Shown: one piece after another, positions 60,126 through 64,000 of the stretch
How the letters are laid out: the number at the start of each line of letters is the position of its first letter
Numbering within the stretch: position 1 is the stretch's first letter
NCBI GenBank assembly: GCA_002269645.1
Contig: NIVC01003307.1
Location: 40,780 to 104,779 of the forward strand
Length of the DNA stretch: 64,000 nucleotides
Source of the DNA: Macrostomum lignano
Taxonomy: Eukaryota
Direction of reading: 5' to 3'
Made by a program: the position numbers and the translations under genes
Notes under the pieces: generated by a model
What the model saw: the letters and a program-made list of their open reading frames with translations, nothing else
Told to the model about the DNA's origin: nothing
Database searches by the model: none

Positions 60126-63100
60126 CCTCTCAATAGAATAGGGCACGTAGTCCTTGTGCTCAGTGAGGAATTTCTCCAGATCTCGCCGCTTCGGCGCCTT
60201 GTCCTGATAGATGAAGTTGCCAGTCTCCATGCTCAGCACCGGCACTCGGACTTCCATGCTTGAAGGATCTTGATGGCCCGAAGACGAAGACGATGAGGCC
60301 GAGGCGGCGCTGGCGGACGCGCCAGCAGCGGCTCCGCGATGATGATGCGAAGACGAGCCCCTGCCAGACGAACTGGAAGAACGCGACGCCGATTGTACAG
60401 CGGAGCTGCTGCCGCCGCCTGACGCTCCAGCTGCGGCTGCGGCGGCGGCGGCGGCAGCAGCGGCGGCCGCCGCCAAAGATGACGAAGACGATGTTGCAGA
60501 GGTTGAGACGGCGGGCATCGGCGCGGCCAGGTGATGGTCGAAGGCGCCAGAGCCGACCTGATTCAGGATAGCGGTCAGCCCGCTAGGCCCGGAGTCGTCG
60601 GCGCCAGACACGGTGGACTTGCTGCTCAGCAGGCGCTCGGCCAGGCTGTCAATCTTGCGCTTGCGACCGCGAGTCGGCTGGCTAGAGGACTGGTGGTGCT
60701 GATGATGATGATGATGCCCGGATGCTGAGGAGTCCACGGAGCCGCGAGCGGCGAATGAATCAATGGGCGTTGCCCGGCTGTCTGTGTCGGTGCTGGCCAC
60801 CGACTCTGAGTCGCTGGTCTTCCTGTGCCGGCCGTGCGGATGGTGCCTGGACCGGCCAGTCTGCCTGGATGACGGCGCGGGCGAGTCGCCGATGCCTCCG
60901 ACGCCGCCACCGGGACTGCTGGCTCGGGACGAGTCAAGCAGCAATTGTTGCTGTTGCTGTTGCTGCTGCTGCTGCTGCATAGCAGCTACAATCCGCCGGG
61001 GATTCGGCCATTCACCGTGAATGACGCAGTGGCACAGGGCCTCCAACCGCTGCGATATCGTGCGGTCTTTCGGCCAGCCGACTGCGATATTGGTGGCGAA
61101 TCGTATCGACCATTCGGGCTGCTGCTGCTGCTGAGCTGCTTGAGCAGTAGAAGAAGCCAATGTTCCAGCTTCAACAGATGACGCATCAGTTGTTGTTGGT
61201 TTGACTTCGCTGCTAGCCGCTTCATCTTTCGTAGTTTCAGCCTCCTCTTTCTTGGCTTCTGCCGGCTCAGCTGTTTCGGCTTTGACAGCAGCTTCCGACT
61301 CAGGAGCTTCCACTTTTGCGGATTTGTCCGCTTCCTCTTTGACCTCTTCATTCTTGTTGGCTTCAGTGTTTACTTCTGCATCCGTTCTGTTGCTGGCTTG
61401 ACAGCTTCCTCTTGTTGTTTAACCTGGTCAGTCTTAGTTGACTCCGCTGCATCCGTCTCTGGCGCATCGCTCTGCGCAGTTTCAGTTCCGGCTGCAGCCG
61501 CGGATTTCTCGCCAGCGTCTTCAGACTCGGCAACTTCGGCTTCGAGAGTCGGCGGCTGCTGATCCTCCGGCTGGGTGTCGCCAGTTGTCTGCGCCTGACC
61601 GCCAGCGGACGAAGTTGGCACCGTCGCAACGGTTGACGCTGTTGAATTAGCAGTAGAAGCAGTCGCAGGCTGACTGCCCATCTTAGCCAGGTAGGGATCC
61701 TCTTTGATGCGCTGCTGTATGGCGGTGGCCACCTGGTGAAAGGCCAGCTCGGGATCTGCTAGGACGCTGCAGTCGGTCCTGGCCAGGCCGTGCTTGGCCG
61801 CTCCGCGAAGCAGGTCCAGATCGTGCAGGCCCGGCTGCCACCACTCCGGCAGGTCGGGGCTCCGCTGAGCCAGCTTCAGCCGCTCCTCCAGCTGCGGATG
61901 GGGCAGAACCTCGTGCCGGATTCTGTACAGCAGGGCTAGGCGATTCAAACTGCGGCTAGCTCGATCCTCAGTTACTAGATCCGGGCCGAGCCGCCGCCGC
62001 AGGCTACAGAAGGCGGCGGCGGCTGCTCCGGCACGCGCAGTGCGGCCATCATAGCCTCGGAGGCTAAGGCCACTACAGTCTCGGACGCGCTGCGCAGGCA
62101 CGTGTCGCGGCACAGATGATAATAAGAATGAAAATAGGAAGTCAGTGCAGAGTCGGATTTCCGGTTGAGATTGCTTAGCGAGCGGAATCTCTCCCAGTTA
62201 TAGGAGGTCTGGCTGTCCAGCTCAACTCCAAAGCTGGCTAGCACTCTGTAGAAGTCGGCCTCTTCGCGCCGGGACCACTTCACCGCCACCTCCGGCTGCA
62301 GTACTGGCGGCGGCGCCGGTGCGGCCGCAGCGGCAGCAGCAGCGGCAGCCTGCATGTTGAGCAGCTCCTGTTGAGCTTTCTTAGCATTCTCAAGGTATTC
62401 AAGCGCCTGAGCCTGCTTCTGAAAGAGACCAATTAGTCTCCGAACTCGAGCGCTTAGATCGCCGCTTGATGGGAACACAAGCTCGGCCGCTGGAGAGGCC
62501 GCTTCTTCCGGTTTAACTAGCAGAGACTCCAGGTAGCTGGTGCTGCCGGCAATCTGCTCGTCTTTGGCGGCAGAAGCCGGCTTCTCCTCAGCTGTGGCCA
62601 CCGGACCGTTACTGGTGCCAGCCTCCGCCGCTGCTGACTCTGGCCGCTGCTCACCGCCGTCGGTTTTGTCTTCTGCGACGTCGTCGGGCATAGCGACATC
62701 TTCAGAGTCGGCGGCCGGCGTCGCTGCCGGCGCCGCGTCGGTCATGGTGGCGTCGGCGTCGGACTCAACGGCAGGCCGATCGTCAATAGCCGCCTCGGTG
62801 ACGCCAGTGTCTATGGTAGTGTCCGGCGCTTTCGTCTCAGCTTCCGGTTCCGCTTCTGGGTCGGCTTCCGCGTCGGGCTCGACATCGTCAAGGCCGTTGG
62901 CGTCGGCTTGGCTGGGCCGGCGCGCCGGGTCGGGCCGGTTGCCGTAGCCGGCTTGTCGCCGCTGCCGCCGCCGACGCCGCGCGGCTGACACCGTGACGCG
63001 AAGCACAGGCAAGGATCAGTGCGCACCAGGTTGTACCTGTCGAACCCGTGCTTATAGATACCAATTAATAGCGACTTGTCGGCTTCGTCGTCCCACCAGT

Positions 63101-64000
63101 CGACTGGTTTTTCAACGCCATCGGTGCAGGGAATGCTCAGCGGGATTTCGGTGTGATCGGCGTTGTCCATAATCTTAGCGGCGTGATCGCCGATGATCTC
63201 CCACTGCAGGAAGTACATCAGGCGGATTCGGTGCAGGATTTTGTTACAGGCCTTCTCCAGGTGTTTTAAAAAGCTGTCACAGTTGAGCACTCGCTCCGGG
63301 TCCAGGTCCTGCAGGGCGAGGTCGTGCTGATCGTAGCCACTCACAGAGTCTTCGTCTGTGGCGGCGGCGGCGGTGGAGGCGGGCGGACCGTCGCCAGGCC
63401 TTCGAGTCTTGCGATTCCGCGACGAAGGCGTACTGAGGCCGGAGTGCTTCAAGGCCGTCTCCTTCTTGCCATCCGGGTGCACCAGGTGCCAGGTGAAGCT
63501 GCGAATACGCGAATCGCCCGTGTAGAATCTCAGGCAGTAGGTGACTAAAGCTCTGCACAGGTTCTCAACTTCGTCAACGCTGAGCGCCTTTTTCAATTCC
63601 ACCCTGGCGGCAATCTCTGGCCAGCGGCCGTAGCCGAACGCCAGCAGGCATTTCTCCAGGCGGAACAGCTCCGTCCGGTCGTACAGCGGCTCGGCCTCTT
63701 TGCCAGATCCACCGCCAGCTGACGAGGAGGAGGCAACGCCGCCGTTGCTGCCGCCGAAAGCGGCGCCGTCCGCGGCGCTGACGGAAGCGTCGCCGGCACC
63801 ACTGGCACCACCGGCGCCGCCGCCGCCACCGCCTCTGCGCCGTTTGCTACGGCGTTCTCGCCTGCCGGATCCGCTAGAACAATTCGAATTCGAGTCGGAT
63901 TCGAACTCGGAACCAACTTCGTATGAGCCTTCGTTTAGCAACGTAGCGAGTAGTCTGCCGACGCTGCCTGGGCAGATCCATGATCAGGTCTTTGTTGCCC
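60126..64000 (-). CDS. CHD7: CHD6-9 family (CHD7/kismet) post-helicase exon: CR/SANT-SLIDE-like blocks and BRK domain; four apparent frameshifts; continues beyond the window
   Basis: [21 protein letters not shown]; [19 protein letters not shown]; [18 protein letters not shown]; [22 protein letters not shown]; [11 protein letters not shown]; [14 protein letters not shown]...[11 protein letters not shown]. Donor GTGAGC at 60125. Frame changes near 63935, 62900, 61990 and 61385. Confidence 0.88.

Noticed and set aside
62000-62100. A ~98-nt intron (GTGCCT...CTGTAG) as the explanation of the CHD7 frame change
   Set aside because: The donor is weak, and it would remove CRDTC, which matches the conserved CRRVC; a single-base indel is more parsimonious.

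Overview
Eukaryotic (animal) genomic DNA, not prokaryotic. GC-rich, low-complexity exons are separated by introns and spacers filled with many distinct tandem repeats. This style suggests a flatworm such as Macrostomum (inference only). Genes supported by recognisable motifs and phase-consistent GT-AG junctions, in order: the last exon of a mitochondrial-type beta-ketoacyl-ACP synthase (OXSM/FabF, +); an intronless SOBP-like FCS zinc-finger gene (-); an intronless secreted M13/neprilysin-like peptidase (+); a 3-exon twist bHLH gene (+); a complete 7-exon SAC1 phosphoinositide phosphatase (-); a small PAN/apple-domain gene (+); and the 3' part of a CHD7/kismet-type remodeller (-) with four apparent frameshifts. 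The SAC1 introns host four paralogous box C/D snoRNAs, two per intron, sharing one 28S rRNA guide. They also host an antisense nested gene of unknown function, a Tc1/mariner deletion derivative and a full-length but stop-interrupted Ty3/Gypsy element. Other mobile elements are two RTE-like LINE relics, one inserted with a TSD into a 100-bp satellite, and a 2.3-kb non-autonomous TIR element inserted into a 15-bp satellite. There are about 20 tandem-repeat arrays. All coordinates were hand-counted; repeat edges are approximate, and no database searches were run.
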